From Christensenellales bacterium (GTDB taxonomy: Bacteria; Bacillota; Clostridia; Christensenellales; UBA1750): DNA of 49,816 nt. Where the stretch lies: assembly GCA_050309765.1 (NCBI GenBank), contig JBNRMU010000051.1, forward strand, positions 1-49,816. Reading direction: 5' to 3'. Below the pieces are notes generated by a model, which saw nothing but the letters and a program-made list of their open reading frames with translations, was not told where the DNA came from and did no database searches. This document shows positions 17,787 through 25,829 of this stretch, one piece after another; positions within the stretch are counted from its first letter, which is position 1; each line of letters starts with the position of its first letter. The position numbers and the translations under genes were made by a program.

Positions 17787-17978
17787 TCAGGCGTTCTTTT
17801 CATCCGCGATCTGGATGACCTGCTTGCCGTCGTAGTAGCCGCACTTTTTGCAAACGCGGTGGGACAGCTTCATCGCGTGGCACTGGGGGCACTCGGCGAT
17901 GCCGGGCAGGGACAGGCGCCAATTGGCGCGGCGGGTATGCTTACGCTGCTTGGAGATTTTTCCCTTAGGGGTTGCCAT
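17787..17978 (-). CDS. rpmF: 50S ribosomal protein L32
   Basis: MATPKGKISKQRKHTRRANWRL...CPQCHAMKLSHRVCKKCGYY zinc ribbon. AAAGGAGGTG RBS. The ORF-track start at 18074 is an upstream extension. Confidence 0.93.
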   Translation of the reverse strand: MATPKGKISKQRKHTRRANWRLSLPGIAECPQCHAMKLSHRVCKKCGYYDGKQVIQIADEKNA

Positions 17979-18131
17979 CTGAAACACACCTCCTTTTCTT
18001 GGTGTAAATCCGTTTGTCCGCATCAAGCTGTTGGTGCGCCAAAGAGGCTTTACACCGTGCGTTTCGCTGAGCACTCGATGCTTGCGGGATTGATGATACG
18101 GGTTAATATATGGAACATTCCCCGGCCGCGT

Positions 18132-18647
18132 CTATTCGGCCGTTTCGTCCTCCTCCAGCTTCAGGGCGCCGAGCGCCGCAAAAGCGGGGTTGACAGGGGT
18201 GAGATCGCAGTTGCAGGGCCCCTCGTTCAGGTCCTTGCCGCACTTGGGGCAAAGACCCTTGCAGGTATCCTTGCAGAGGATCTGCGTGGGCATGTTCATG
18301 ACCAGGTTGCCCAGGACCATCTGGTCCAGATCGACGGCGGAGGATTCGTACAGGAAAGCGTCCGGCTCATCCTCATCCGCTTCGCGCAGATACTTTTCGG
18401 TGAAGGGGATCGAAAGCGTGAAGAACGCATCGCCCAGGCAGCGCACACAAGTGGAGCGCATGGATGCGACGATGGTGCCTTCCAGCGTGATCCTGTCCTC
18501 GATGCCCATCATTTGACCGGAAACGTGCACATCCCTGGTAAAGGAGATGTCGTCGCCGCGAAACTCGATGGGATCCATGGGCATATCCACGGCAAAGGGA
18601 AGACTCTCGCCCTGCTGCTGCAGGGCCCTCTGTACGGATAAGAGCAT
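18132..18647 (-). CDS. yceD: YceD/YlbN family (DUF177) large-subunit ribosome-associated protein
   Basis: 171 aa with the C-terminal Cys cluster CKDTCKGLCPKCGKDLNEGPCNC and the conserved position immediately upstream of rpmF. Confidence 0.85.
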   Translation of the reverse strand: MLLSVQRALQQQGESLPFAVDMPMDPIEFRGDDISFTRDVHVSGQMMGIEDRITLEGTIVASMRSTCVRCLGDAFFTLSIPFTEKYLREADEDEPDAFLYESSAVDLDQMVLGNLVMNMPTQILCKDTCKGLCPKCGKDLNEGPCNCDLTPVNPAFAALGALKLEEDETAE

Positions 18648-18677
18648 ACCTGTACCCTCACTTCGTCACGTCTCACT

Positions 18678-18706
18678 ATTATAGGCATGCAGGGCCCAAA
18701 AGTCAA
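18678..18706 (-). promoter_or_regulatory. Consensus sigma-A promoter for yceD-rpmF (TTGACT-N17-TATAAT)
   Basis: Both hexamers read exactly, at 31111-31116 and 31134-31139 in the mirror copy. Left-arm + strand shows ATTATA at 18678-83 and AGTCAA at 18701-06. Confidence 0.65.
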
Positions 18707-18744
18707 ACAGATTTTTTGTTACAGCAGCCTGCACAACGCGTTTT

Positions 18745-19938
18745 TCAGCGGCAAAGCTCCTGCGTATCGCGCGCGATGGCCAGCTCCTCGTTGGTGGAGA
18801 CGACCAGCACCTTGACCTTGCTGTCGGGGGTGGAGATGACGCCGTTGCCGCGGGTGGCGGCGTTGGCCTTTTCGTCCAGCTCCACGCCGAGGAAACCGAG
18901 TTTGGACAGCACGTCCGCGCGGACCTGCGTGTCGTTCTCGCCGATGCCGCCGGTGAAGGCGATGGCGTCCACGCCGCCCATGGCCGCCGCATAGGCGCCG
19001 ATGTACTTGCGCAGGCGGTAGCACAGCATTTCGATGGCGAGCTTGGCGCGCTCATTGCCCTCTTCCGCGGCCTTGGTGGTATCGCGCATATCGGAGGAAA
19101 CACCGGAAATGCCGAGCAGACCGGACTTCTTATTGAGGATGTTCAGCATCTCGTCGATGTTCAAACCCTCGATGTTCATCACATACTGCAGCACGGCGGG
19201 GTCCACATCGCCGGAGCGGGTGCCCATGACCATGCCTTCCAGCGGAGTGATGCCCATGGAGGTATCCGCGCACTTGCCATCCACCACGGCGGACAGGGAG
19301 GAGCCGTTGCCGAGGTGGCAGACGATCAGGCGCAGGCCCTTGCCGCCCTCATAGCCCAGGCGCTTGGCCGCCTCGGCGGAAACAAAGCGGTGGGAGGTGC
19401 CGTGGAAGCCGTAGCGGCGCACCTTGTACTTCTCGTAATATTCGTAGGGCACGGCGTACATATACGCGTAGTCGGGCATGGTCTGATGGAAAGCGGTATC
19501 GAACACCGCCACGTTGGGCTTGCCGGGCATCAGTTTTTCGCAGACCTCGATGCCGGCCAGGTTGGCGGGGTTGTGCAGGGGGCCGAGCACGAAGTTGTCA
19601 CGGATGGCCTTTTTGACGGGGCCGTCCACCACGGTGGACTTGGTGAAGTCAGCGCCGCCGTGCAGCACCCTGTGGCCGATGGCGTCGATGGAGGACAGAT
19701 CGGGGATGACGCCCTTTTCGGGGTCGGTCAAAAGCTTTACCACGAACTCCATGGCGGCGGTGTGGTCGGGAACGGGCGCCTCGATGGCGATGGGGCCCTT
19801 ATCGGACTTCTGCGAAACAGCGCCCATCGGCAGGCCGATGCGCTCCACCTGGCCCTTGGCCAGAACGGACTCGTCGTCCATATTGAAAAGCTGGTATTTC
19901 AGCGAAGAGCTGCCCGCGTTGATAACCAGGATATTCAT
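18745..19938 (-). CDS. ackA: Acetate kinase
   Basis: MNILVINAGSSSLKYQLF N-terminus, 397 aa, AGGAGGAAG RBS, directly downstream of pta. Confidence 0.95.
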   Translation of the reverse strand: MNILVINAGSSSLKYQLFNMDDESVLAKGQVERIGLPMGAVSQKSDKGPIAIEAPVPDHTAAMEFVVKLLTDPEKGVIPDLSSIDAIGHRVLHGGADFTKSTVVDGPVKKAIRDNFVLGPLHNPANLAGIEVCEKLMPGKPNVAVFDTAFHQTMPDYAYMYAVPYEYYEKYKVRRYGFHGTSHRFVSAEAAKRLGYEGGKGLRLIVCHLGNGSSLSAVVDGKCADTSMGITPLEGMVMGTRSGDVDPAVLQYVMNIEGLNIDEMLNILNKKSGLLGISGVSSDMRDTTKAAEEGNERAKLAIEMLCYRLRKYIGAYAAAMGGVDAIAFTGGIGENDTQVRADVLSKLGFLGVELDEKANAATRGNGVISTPDSKVKVLVVSTNEELAIARDTQELCR

Positions 19939-19961
19939 ACCTGTTGCTTCCTCCTATATTT

Positions 19962-20951
19962 TTATTCGTTCTGCGCCTGCACGGCGGTCAGCGCGCACAG
20001 GGAAACGATGTCGTCGCTGGAGCAGCCGCGGCTCAGGTCGTTCACGGGACGGGCCAGGCCCTGCATCACGGGGCCGATGGCGGTGGCGCCGGCCAGACGC
20101 TGCACGAGCTTATAGCCGATGTTGCCGGCTTCCAGGCTGGGGAAGATGAGCACGTTGGCCTTGCCCGCGACCTTGGAGCCGGGGGACTTGAGCTGGCCGA
20201 CCTTTTCGACCAGGGCGGCGTCGGCCTGCAGCTCGCCGTCGACATTCAGCTCGGGAGCCAGCTGCTTGACCAGCTCCGTGGCCTCGCGGACCTTGTCCAC
20301 CATATCGCCCTTGCCGGAACCCTTGGTGGAGAAGGAGAGCATGGCGACCTTGGGCTCGGCGATCTCGGCGATGGACTTGGCGGTCTCGGCGGAAGCGATG
20401 GCGATGGCGGCCAGCTGCTGCGCGTCGGGCTCGATGTTCACGGCACAGTCGGCAAAGATCATGACGCCGTCCTGGCCGTAGCTCTTATCGGGGCACTCCA
20501 TCACAAAGCAGGAAGAAGCGGTGGTCACGCCCTTTTTGGTCTTGATGATCTGAAGCGCGGGCCTGAGGGTATCGGCGGTGGAATGGATGGCGCCGGAAAC
20601 CATGCCGTCGGCCTCGTTCATCTTCATCATCATGGTGCCGAAGAAGGTCTCCTCCTGCATCTGCTGCAGGGCCTTTTCCGGGGTCATACCCTTGGCCTTG
20701 CGCAGCTCGTACAGCATGTCGGCATAAGCCTGGAGCTTGTCGCTTTTCTTGGGATCGATGATGGTGGCGCCGGTGAGGTCCTCGCCGTAGGAGCGGATCT
20801 TTTCCTCGTCGCCCAGCAGGATCAGGTCGCAGATACCTTCCTTCAAAAGAACGGCCGCGGCCTTAACGGTGCGCTCCTCCGCACCCTCGGGCAGCACGAT
20901 GCGCTTTTTGTCAACCTTTGCCTTTGCCTTGATGCGATCCATCAAACTCAT
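19962..20951 (-). CDS. pta: Phosphate acetyltransferase (short form, 329 aa)
   Basis: RIVLPEGAEERTVKAA..., GAIHSTADTLRPALQIIKT motifs. AAGGAGGAAA RBS. Confidence 0.93.
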   Translation of the reverse strand: MSLMDRIKAKAKVDKKRIVLPEGAEERTVKAAAVLLKEGICDLILLGDEEKIRSYGEDLTGATIIDPKKSDKLQAYADMLYELRKAKGMTPEKALQQMQEETFFGTMMMKMNEADGMVSGAIHSTADTLRPALQIIKTKKGVTTASSCFVMECPDKSYGQDGVMIFADCAVNIEPDAQQLAAIAIASAETAKSIAEIAEPKVAMLSFSTKGSGKGDMVDKVREATELVKQLAPELNVDGELQADAALVEKVGQLKSPGSKVAGKANVLIFPSLEAGNIGYKLVQRLAGATAIGPVMQGLARPVNDLSRGCSSDDIVSLCALTAVQAQNE

Positions 20952-21110
20952 TTACGTTTCCTCCTTAAGTTATGTGGTATACTGTACCTGGGCCTGCGCG
21001 GCCGCGGGCGTGTTTCAAGCGCTGCGCCGCAAAATGCGCGGACACTGCGCCGCATTGTCCCAAACAGATACAGTATACAGAAAAATCAACCGTTTGAAAA
21101 GGAGAATTTG

Positions 21111-22253
21111 ATGAAGGTTTGCGCAATCCTGTGTGAATACAACCCCCTGCATCGGGGCCATGCCTACCAGATCGCGCAGGCCAGGGTCAAAAGCTGTGCG
21201 GACTATGTCGTGTGCCTGATGAGCGGGCCGTTCGTGCAGCGGGGCGAACCGGCCGTTGCGGACAAGTGGACGCGTACGCAGGCGGCCCTTATGGCCGGCG
21301 TCGACCTTGTGATAGAGCTTCCGTCCCTGTTTGCCCTGCGCGCGGCGCAGGATTTCGCCTTCGGCGGAATGAGCCTGATGCACAGCCTGTCCGTGGTGAC
21401 GCATGTGAGCTTTGGCGCGGAAACGGGCGAGCTGGAAAAGCTGCTGCCCCTGCTGCAGCCGGAAACGGAGCAGCAATCCGCCAGGCTGTACAGGGCGCTG
21501 AAAGACGGCAACAGCTATCCGCGTGCTGTCGCCATCTCCCGCGCGCAGGCTTTGGAGCGCAACGACCTGCTGGCCGTGGAATATCTGCGCGCGCTGAAAA
21601 AGCTCGAAAGTCCGATCGAGCCCGTGTGCATCCCGCGCTTGAGCGAAGGGAAGGGCGGCTGCTCGTCCTCGCAGATACGCAGCCTGCTGCAGACGGATGT
21701 AGAAGCAGCCCTTGCTCTCTGCCCGGAGGAATCCGCGGCGCTCACCCGCGAGGCGCTTTTGCGCCAGGACGGAGCGGCGCAGATGGAGAACATCGAGGCG
21801 CTTTTGCTCAACAATCTGCGCCGTCTGGACGCCGCGGCCCTTTCCGCTTGCCCGGGCATGGACGAGGGCCTGGAAAACCGCGTGCTTGCCGCCGCGCAGC
21901 AGGCGAGCGATTTAAACGAGCTGCTTTCCCTCATCAAAACCAAGCGCTACACCATGGCGCGCATCAAGCGCGGCCTTTTGCACGCGCTGCTTGGCAACAC
22001 AAAACAGCTTTTGCGGGAACATCCCGCGCCGGAGTTTGCCCGCGTGCTGGGCTTTCGCGAAAGCGCGCTGCCGCTTTTGCAGGAACTGGGGCGCAGTTCC
22101 CGCGTGCCGCTCATCCTGCGGCCGGCAAAGTGGAAGAAGGACCCCCTGTACCGGCGCGAGCTGGCGGCCCAGGACCTGTGGGGCCTTTGCCAAGGCGACC
22201 CGGCCTTCCGGCGGGCGGGCAGCGATCTTACGCAGCCGCTGGTGAAGCTTTAG
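21111..22253 (+). CDS. tmcAL: tRNA(Met) cytidine acetate ligase (YlbM/TmcAL nucleotidyltransferase family), 380 aa
   Basis: Real start MKVCAILCEYNPLHRGHAYQI with AAAGGAG RBS. The first 389 codons of ORF 19944..22253 are antisense to pta and are discarded. Confidence 0.8.
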   Translation: MKVCAILCEYNPLHRGHAYQIAQARVKSCADYVVCLMSGPFVQRGEPAVADKWTRTQAALMAGVDLVIELPSLFALRAAQDFAFGGMSLMHSLSVVTHVSFGAETGELEKLLPLLQPETEQQSARLYRALKDGNSYPRAVAISRAQALERNDLLAVEYLRALKKLESPIEPVCIPRLSEGKGGCSSSQIRSLLQTDVEAALALCPEESAALTREALLRQDGAAQMENIEALLLNNLRRLDAAALSACPGMDEGLENRVLAAAQQASDLNELLSLIKTKRYTMARIKRGLLHALLGNTKQLLREHPAPEFARVLGFRESALPLLQELGRSSRVPLILRPAKWKKDPLYRRELAAQDLWGLCQGDPAFRRAGSDLTQPLVKL

Positions 22254-22310
22254 AACAAGGGTGCGCGGAAACATCCCGATGCAATAAAAACTTCAAGGAG
22301 GAAACAAAGG

Positions 22311-22679
22311 ATGAGCGGGATCAAGCGATACGAGATCCACGAGGAATGGGCCCATTCCGGTATCGTGAAGGCGGGCGACTACTGCTTTTTGAGCTACTGC
22401 GTGGGCAATATCGGCGGCAGCGTCGAGGAGCAGATCAACGGCGCCTTCGACAACATGGAGGAGAGGCTGGCGCTGGTCGGGCTCACGCTGGAAAACGTCG
22501 TGCAGATGGACTGCCTGTTCCGGGACGTGTGGAACATCCCTGTGATGGAAAAGGTCATCAAAGAGCGCTTCCACGGCAAATACCCCGCCCGCAAATCCAT
22601 CCAGACCAACTTCGCGCACGTGGGCGGTGGGGACGGCCTGCAGTTCCAGGCGGATGCCGTGGCGTACTGCGGATCATGA
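22311..22679 (+). CDS. RidA/YjgF-family protein (122 aa)
   Basis: AAGGAGGAAA RBS. Family-like pattern: EEQINGAFDNMEERLALVGLTLENVVQMDCLFRD...YPARKSIQ. Confidence 0.65.
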   Translation: MSGIKRYEIHEEWAHSGIVKAGDYCFLSYCVGNIGGSVEEQINGAFDNMEERLALVGLTLENVVQMDCLFRDVWNIPVMEKVIKERFHGKYPARKSIQTNFAHVGGGDGLQFQADAVAYCGS

Positions 22680-22759
22680 CCGGAAGGCACCATCTACCGG
22701 TATCTTTTGCGGCAGATGCGCCTGAGCCCAAAGAAAACGAATCGGGATTTGAGGAGAGA

Positions 22760-23401
22760 ATGGATTTAAGCGAAGCGGAGTTGTACAAAGAGCTGGGAGC
22801 TTTGACAAAGGAAAGAGATAGGTGGGAGGAAAACATCCCATACGTTTCCTCTCTTCTTGCCCATGAATCGGTCAAAATACGGGCCAAGGCGCTTTGGCTG
22901 TTGGGGGAGATGGGCCTTTTGTACCCTTTGGCGGCGCAAAGCGCGGTGGCCCAAATCGCCGCTTTTCTGGACAGCCCTGCGCCGCTTTTGCGGGAGCGGG
23001 CGCTGAACGCCCTGGGCAGGATCGGGCGGGGCAGCTTCCCTGTGATCGAACCGTATTGGCCGAGCCTGTTTCGCTTTGCCTGCGATGAGGAGGCAAAGGT
23101 CCGGCTGAGTTTTATTTGGGCGGCGGAAAACATCGCCATAAACACGCCCGATGTGCATGAAAAGCATATGTGCATATTTGCACAGCTTCTGCACGATGCA
23201 AACGACAGGGTGCGGATGGAGGCACCGGAAATCTTTCGCGTGCTCGGCAAACGCAGGCCGGAGTTTGTTTTGCCTTTTGTGGATAAGTTGCAAAGGATAT
23301 CGGAAACCGACGAGAATCGTGTCGTAAGGATCCACTGCCTGGGCGCGATCCGGGCCGCGGTATCGGAACGGGCGAATCCCGCCTGTCTCAGCGATAATTG
23401 A
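22760..23401 (+). CDS. HEAT/ARM-like repeat protein (213 aa)
   Basis: C-terminal segment of ORF 21212..23401, starting at MDLSEAELYKE after GAGGAG. Repeated helical units present (ESVKIRAKALWLLGEMG, LLRERALNALGRIG, DRVRMEAPEIFRVLG, NRVVRIHCLGAI). Confidence 0.6.
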   Translation: MDLSEAELYKELGALTKERDRWEENIPYVSSLLAHESVKIRAKALWLLGEMGLLYPLAAQSAVAQIAAFLDSPAPLLRERALNALGRIGRGSFPVIEPYWPSLFRFACDEEAKVRLSFIWAAENIAINTPDVHEKHMCIFAQLLHDANDRVRMEAPEIFRVLGKRRPEFVLPFVDKLQRISETDENRVVRIHCLGAIRAAVSERANPACLSDN

Positions 23402-23414
23402 AATAGGGAAATAC

Positions 23415-23453
23415 AAAAAAATACCGCCGGCAAGTCTTGCCGGCGGTATTTTG
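23415..23453. terminator. Bidirectional terminator between convergent genes
   Basis: AAAAATACCGCCGGCAAG-tc-TTGCCGGCGGTATTTT, with an A-tract on one side and a T-tract on the other. Confidence 0.8.
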
Positions 23454-23460
23454 CGTGCAA

Positions 23461-23991
23461 TCAGATCTTTTGCCTTGCGGCCTTCCTCTGCGCGACCTCC
23501 AGCATGAGCACACAGGCCCGCTGCTGCTTTAAAAAGTCGGCGAAGGGACGCACGTCGCGCATATCGCCCTGGCGCTCGTTGTAAAACTGGTAGGCGCCGT
23601 CCGCAAGCCGGCGGTAGGCCACGTAATGCAGCCCGCGCCGGTTGAGCACCAGCGCAGCGCCCAGGGGATAGGTCTTAAGCTTTTTGCTCCAGGGCCAGAC
23701 GAAATGCCAGCGGGCGAACAGGCCGTCCCTTTTCAGGCATTTGGACACGGCAAAGGGCCAAACGCCCAGGCGGCCGCCGAAAAGCGTTCCCGGCTCCATG
23801 CGGTGCAGGACCTCCTCCGGCTGGGCGTTTTTGCCCAGCAGGCGGAACAGGTTGTAGGTGGCGATCCAGCCGCAGCCGTTGAAATCGCTGAACAGGCCCG
23901 CCCGACCGAAGCGGAACAGGCCTTTTAGGGCCAGTTGGTTGACGAGGCAGGAAAATTCGGGCTCAAAGGTGCCCTTGGGCGCGCCGGTCAT
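23461..23991 (-). CDS. Hypothetical cytoplasmic protein with possible papain-fold Cys/His pair (176 aa)
   Basis: The ATG overlaps the patatin stop as ATGA. Candidate catalytic-type motifs NGCGWIATYN and GLHYVAYRR. No signal peptide. Family not recognised. Confidence 0.5.
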   Translation of the reverse strand: MTGAPKGTFEPEFSCLVNQLALKGLFRFGRAGLFSDFNGCGWIATYNLFRLLGKNAQPEEVLHRMEPGTLFGGRLGVWPFAVSKCLKRDGLFARWHFVWPWSKKLKTYPLGAALVLNRRGLHYVAYRRLADGAYQFYNERQGDMRDVRPFADFLKQQRACVLMLEVAQRKAARQKI

Positions 23992-24776
23992 GGCTGGATG
24001 CGGCGCTCAAGGGCCGCCAAAAGTGCCGGCATCTGGCGCTCGGCCTCCTCGCGGCCGATGCGGATGGTCTCCTCCGCCTGGGCGATAGAGGCCATGTTGA
24101 TGTGGGCAAGGGAGGGCACGATGTTGATATCCGAGCGGTTGACCCGCTCGCGGATGGAACACCATTCCATCACGGCAAAGGCCTGCATCATGATGGCGGT
24201 GATGTTGTCGCACTTGCTGAAGCCGCCGTGGTAGCCGACATCTACGGAGATGATGAAGTCGGCACCCATTTCACGCACGGTATCCGTCGGCACGCGCGCC
24301 ACCACGCCGCCGTCCACCAGCAGGCGGCCGTCGCGCGTGACGGGCTTGAACACGCCGGGAATGGAGATGGAGGCGCGGATGGCCTCATAGACCTTGCCTT
24401 CGGAAAGCTCCACCAGCTCGCCGCGCTCCAGGTCCGTTGCCACGGCGGTGAAGGGGATCTTGAGGTCGGAAAAATCGCGGTTGCCGGTCAGGGTGCGCAA
24501 AAGCAACTCGATGCGCTGGCCGGTGATGAACCCCATGCGGGGAACGGCCATATCGATCAGGGACTTTTCGTCCAGGGTGTAGCAGAACTTTTCCAGCAGG
24601 CGCAGGTCCATGCCCGAGCAGTAGATGCCGCCGACCACTGCGCCCATGGAGGTGCCGGCCACCATATGCACGGGAATGCCGTTTTCCTCCAGCACCTGCA
24701 AAACGCCTATGTGGGCCAGGCCGCGGAAAGCGCCGCCGCCCAGGGCAAGGCCTATTTTGAGGTTCGTATCGATCAT
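23988..24776 (-). CDS. Patatin-like phospholipase (YlbK/RssA-like), 262 aa
   Basis: MIDTNLKIGLALGGGAFRG (GGGxxG), GTSMG (GxSxG) and VDGG (DGG) motifs. AAGGGAG RBS. An alternative ATG lies 21 nt upstream. Confidence 0.85.
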   Translation of the reverse strand: MIDTNLKIGLALGGGAFRGLAHIGVLQVLEENGIPVHMVAGTSMGAVVGGIYCSGMDLRLLEKFCYTLDEKSLIDMAVPRMGFITGQRIELLLRTLTGNRDFSDLKIPFTAVATDLERGELVELSEGKVYEAIRASISIPGVFKPVTRDGRLLVDGGVVARVPTDTVREMGADFIISVDVGYHGGFSKCDNITAIMMQAFAVMEWCSIRERVNRSDINIVPSLAHINMASIAQAEETIRIGREEAERQMPALLAALERRIQP

Positions 24777-24834
24777 AAACAGGGGGACTCCCTTCATAAC
24801 TTTGTAGAAGCAGCGCGGATAGGGGGAGATCGGG

Positions 24835-24908
24835 ATGCAGCGGTTATTCAGGGCGATGCTGCCGTTTGCGATAAGCGGGTTCCTGCTCCTTATGCTGTTG
24901 CGGCCGGC
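24835..24908 (+). pseudogene. 5' fragment of a divergently transcribed gene, cut by the palindrome axis (MQRLFRAMLPFAISGFLLLMLLRP...)
   Basis: AGGGGGAG RBS at 24821-24828, ATG at 24835, then 24 codons of a signal-peptide/TM-like sequence. Reading then passes into its own reverse complement and stops at TAA 24925-24927. Confidence 0.6.
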
Positions 24909-24916
24909 GCCGGCCG
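24901..24916. other. Symmetry axis of the palindrome (between 24908 and 24909): CGGCCGGC|GCCGGCCG, with no loop or spacer
   Basis: Read directly: ...ctgttgCGGCCGGC|GCCGGCCGcaacag.... The arms abut with zero unique bases between them. Confidence 0.95.
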
Positions 24917-24982
24917 CAACAGCATAAGGAGCAGGAACCCGCTTATCGCAAACGGCAGCATCGCCCTGAATAACCGCTGCAT
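24909..24982 (-). pseudogene. Mirror copy of the truncated gene fragment
   Basis: Exact reverse complement of 24835..24908. Confidence 0.6.
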
Positions 24983-25040
24983 CCCGATCTCCCCCTATCC
25001 GCGCTGCTTCTACAAAGTTATGAAGGGAGTCCCCCTGTTT

Positions 25041-25829
25041 ATGATCGATACGAACCTCAAAATAGGCCTTGCCCTGGGCGGCGGCGCTTTCCGCGGCCTG
25101 GCCCACATAGGCGTTTTGCAGGTGCTGGAGGAAAACGGCATTCCCGTGCATATGGTGGCCGGCACCTCCATGGGCGCAGTGGTCGGCGGCATCTACTGCT
25201 CGGGCATGGACCTGCGCCTGCTGGAAAAGTTCTGCTACACCCTGGACGAAAAGTCCCTGATCGATATGGCCGTTCCCCGCATGGGGTTCATCACCGGCCA
25301 GCGCATCGAGTTGCTTTTGCGCACCCTGACCGGCAACCGCGATTTTTCCGACCTCAAGATCCCCTTCACCGCCGTGGCAACGGACCTGGAGCGCGGCGAG
25401 CTGGTGGAGCTTTCCGAAGGCAAGGTCTATGAGGCCATCCGCGCCTCCATCTCCATTCCCGGCGTGTTCAAGCCCGTCACGCGCGACGGCCGCCTGCTGG
25501 TGGACGGCGGCGTGGTGGCGCGCGTGCCGACGGATACCGTGCGTGAAATGGGTGCCGACTTCATCATCTCCGTAGATGTCGGCTACCACGGCGGCTTCAG
25601 CAAGTGCGACAACATCACCGCCATCATGATGCAGGCCTTTGCCGTGATGGAATGGTGTTCCATCCGCGAGCGGGTCAACCGCTCGGATATCAACATCGTG
25701 CCCTCCCTTGCCCACATCAACATGGCCTCTATCGCCCAGGCGGAGGAGACCATCCGCATCGGCCGCGAGGAGGCCGAGCGCCAGATGCCGGCACTTTTGG
25801 CGGCCCTTGAGCGCCGCATCCAGCCATGA
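25041..25829 (+). CDS. Patatin-like phospholipase (mirror copy)
   Basis: Exact mirror of 23988..24776. ATG 25041 lies after AAGGGAG at 25023-25029. Confidence 0.85.
   Translation: MIDTNLKIGLALGGGAFRGLAHIGVLQVLEENGIPVHMVAGTSMGAVVGGIYCSGMDLRLLEKFCYTLDEKSLIDMAVPRMGFITGQRIELLLRTLTGNRDFSDLKIPFTAVATDLERGELVELSEGKVYEAIRASISIPGVFKPVTRDGRLLVDGGVVARVPTDTVREMGADFIISVDVGYHGGFSKCDNITAIMMQAFAVMEWCSIRERVNRSDINIVPSLAHINMASIAQAEETIRIGREEAERQMPALLAALERRIQP

Larger units (their letters stand above)
1..24908 (+). repeat. Left arm of a perfect spacer-less inverted repeat (position x pairs with 49817-x across the entire window)
   Basis: Every ORF in the 6-frame track has a twin with identical translation at mirrored coordinates (e.g. 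58..3777+ equals 46040..49759-). The first 80 nt are the exact reverse complement of the last 80 nt. Non-coding spot checks also match exactly (11221-11280 vs 38537-38596; 17281-17340 vs 32477-32536). Confidence 0.97.

Noticed and set aside
19944-21110. N-terminal 389 codons of the 769-aa ORF 19944..22253
   Set aside because: This part is antisense to pta. The recognisable TmcAL sequence starts at MKVCAILCEYNPLHRGH (ATG 21111) with a proper RBS.
21212-22759. First 516 codons of the 729-aa ORF 21212..23401
   Set aside because: This is an out-of-frame read-through of tmcAL and the RidA-like gene, Arg/Ala/Gly/Pro-rich with no motifs. Only the C-terminal 213 residues (the HEAT-repeat protein) have an RBS and protein-like composition.
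23988-24776. Patatin phospholipase as an antiphage effector (CBASS-type or similar)
   Set aside because: There is no cyclase, sensor or other defence gene adjacent. The gene sits in a ylbK/ylbM/ylbN-rpmF-type conserved housekeeping neighbourhood.
24906-24911. GGCGCC restriction-type hexamer exactly at the axis as evidence for head-to-head ligation
   Set aside because: The centre of any even-length perfect palindrome is necessarily a palindromic hexamer, so this is not independent evidence for any mechanism.
23988-25829. Two overlapping 575-aa ORFs (23988..25715 minus and 24102..25829 plus) spanning the centre
   Set aside because: They are chimeras created by the palindrome. The N-terminal 300+ residues are antisense or out-of-context translation (His/Gly/Ala/Asp-rich, no motifs). 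Only the last 262 residues, from MIDTNLKIG with its own RBS, are the patatin protein.
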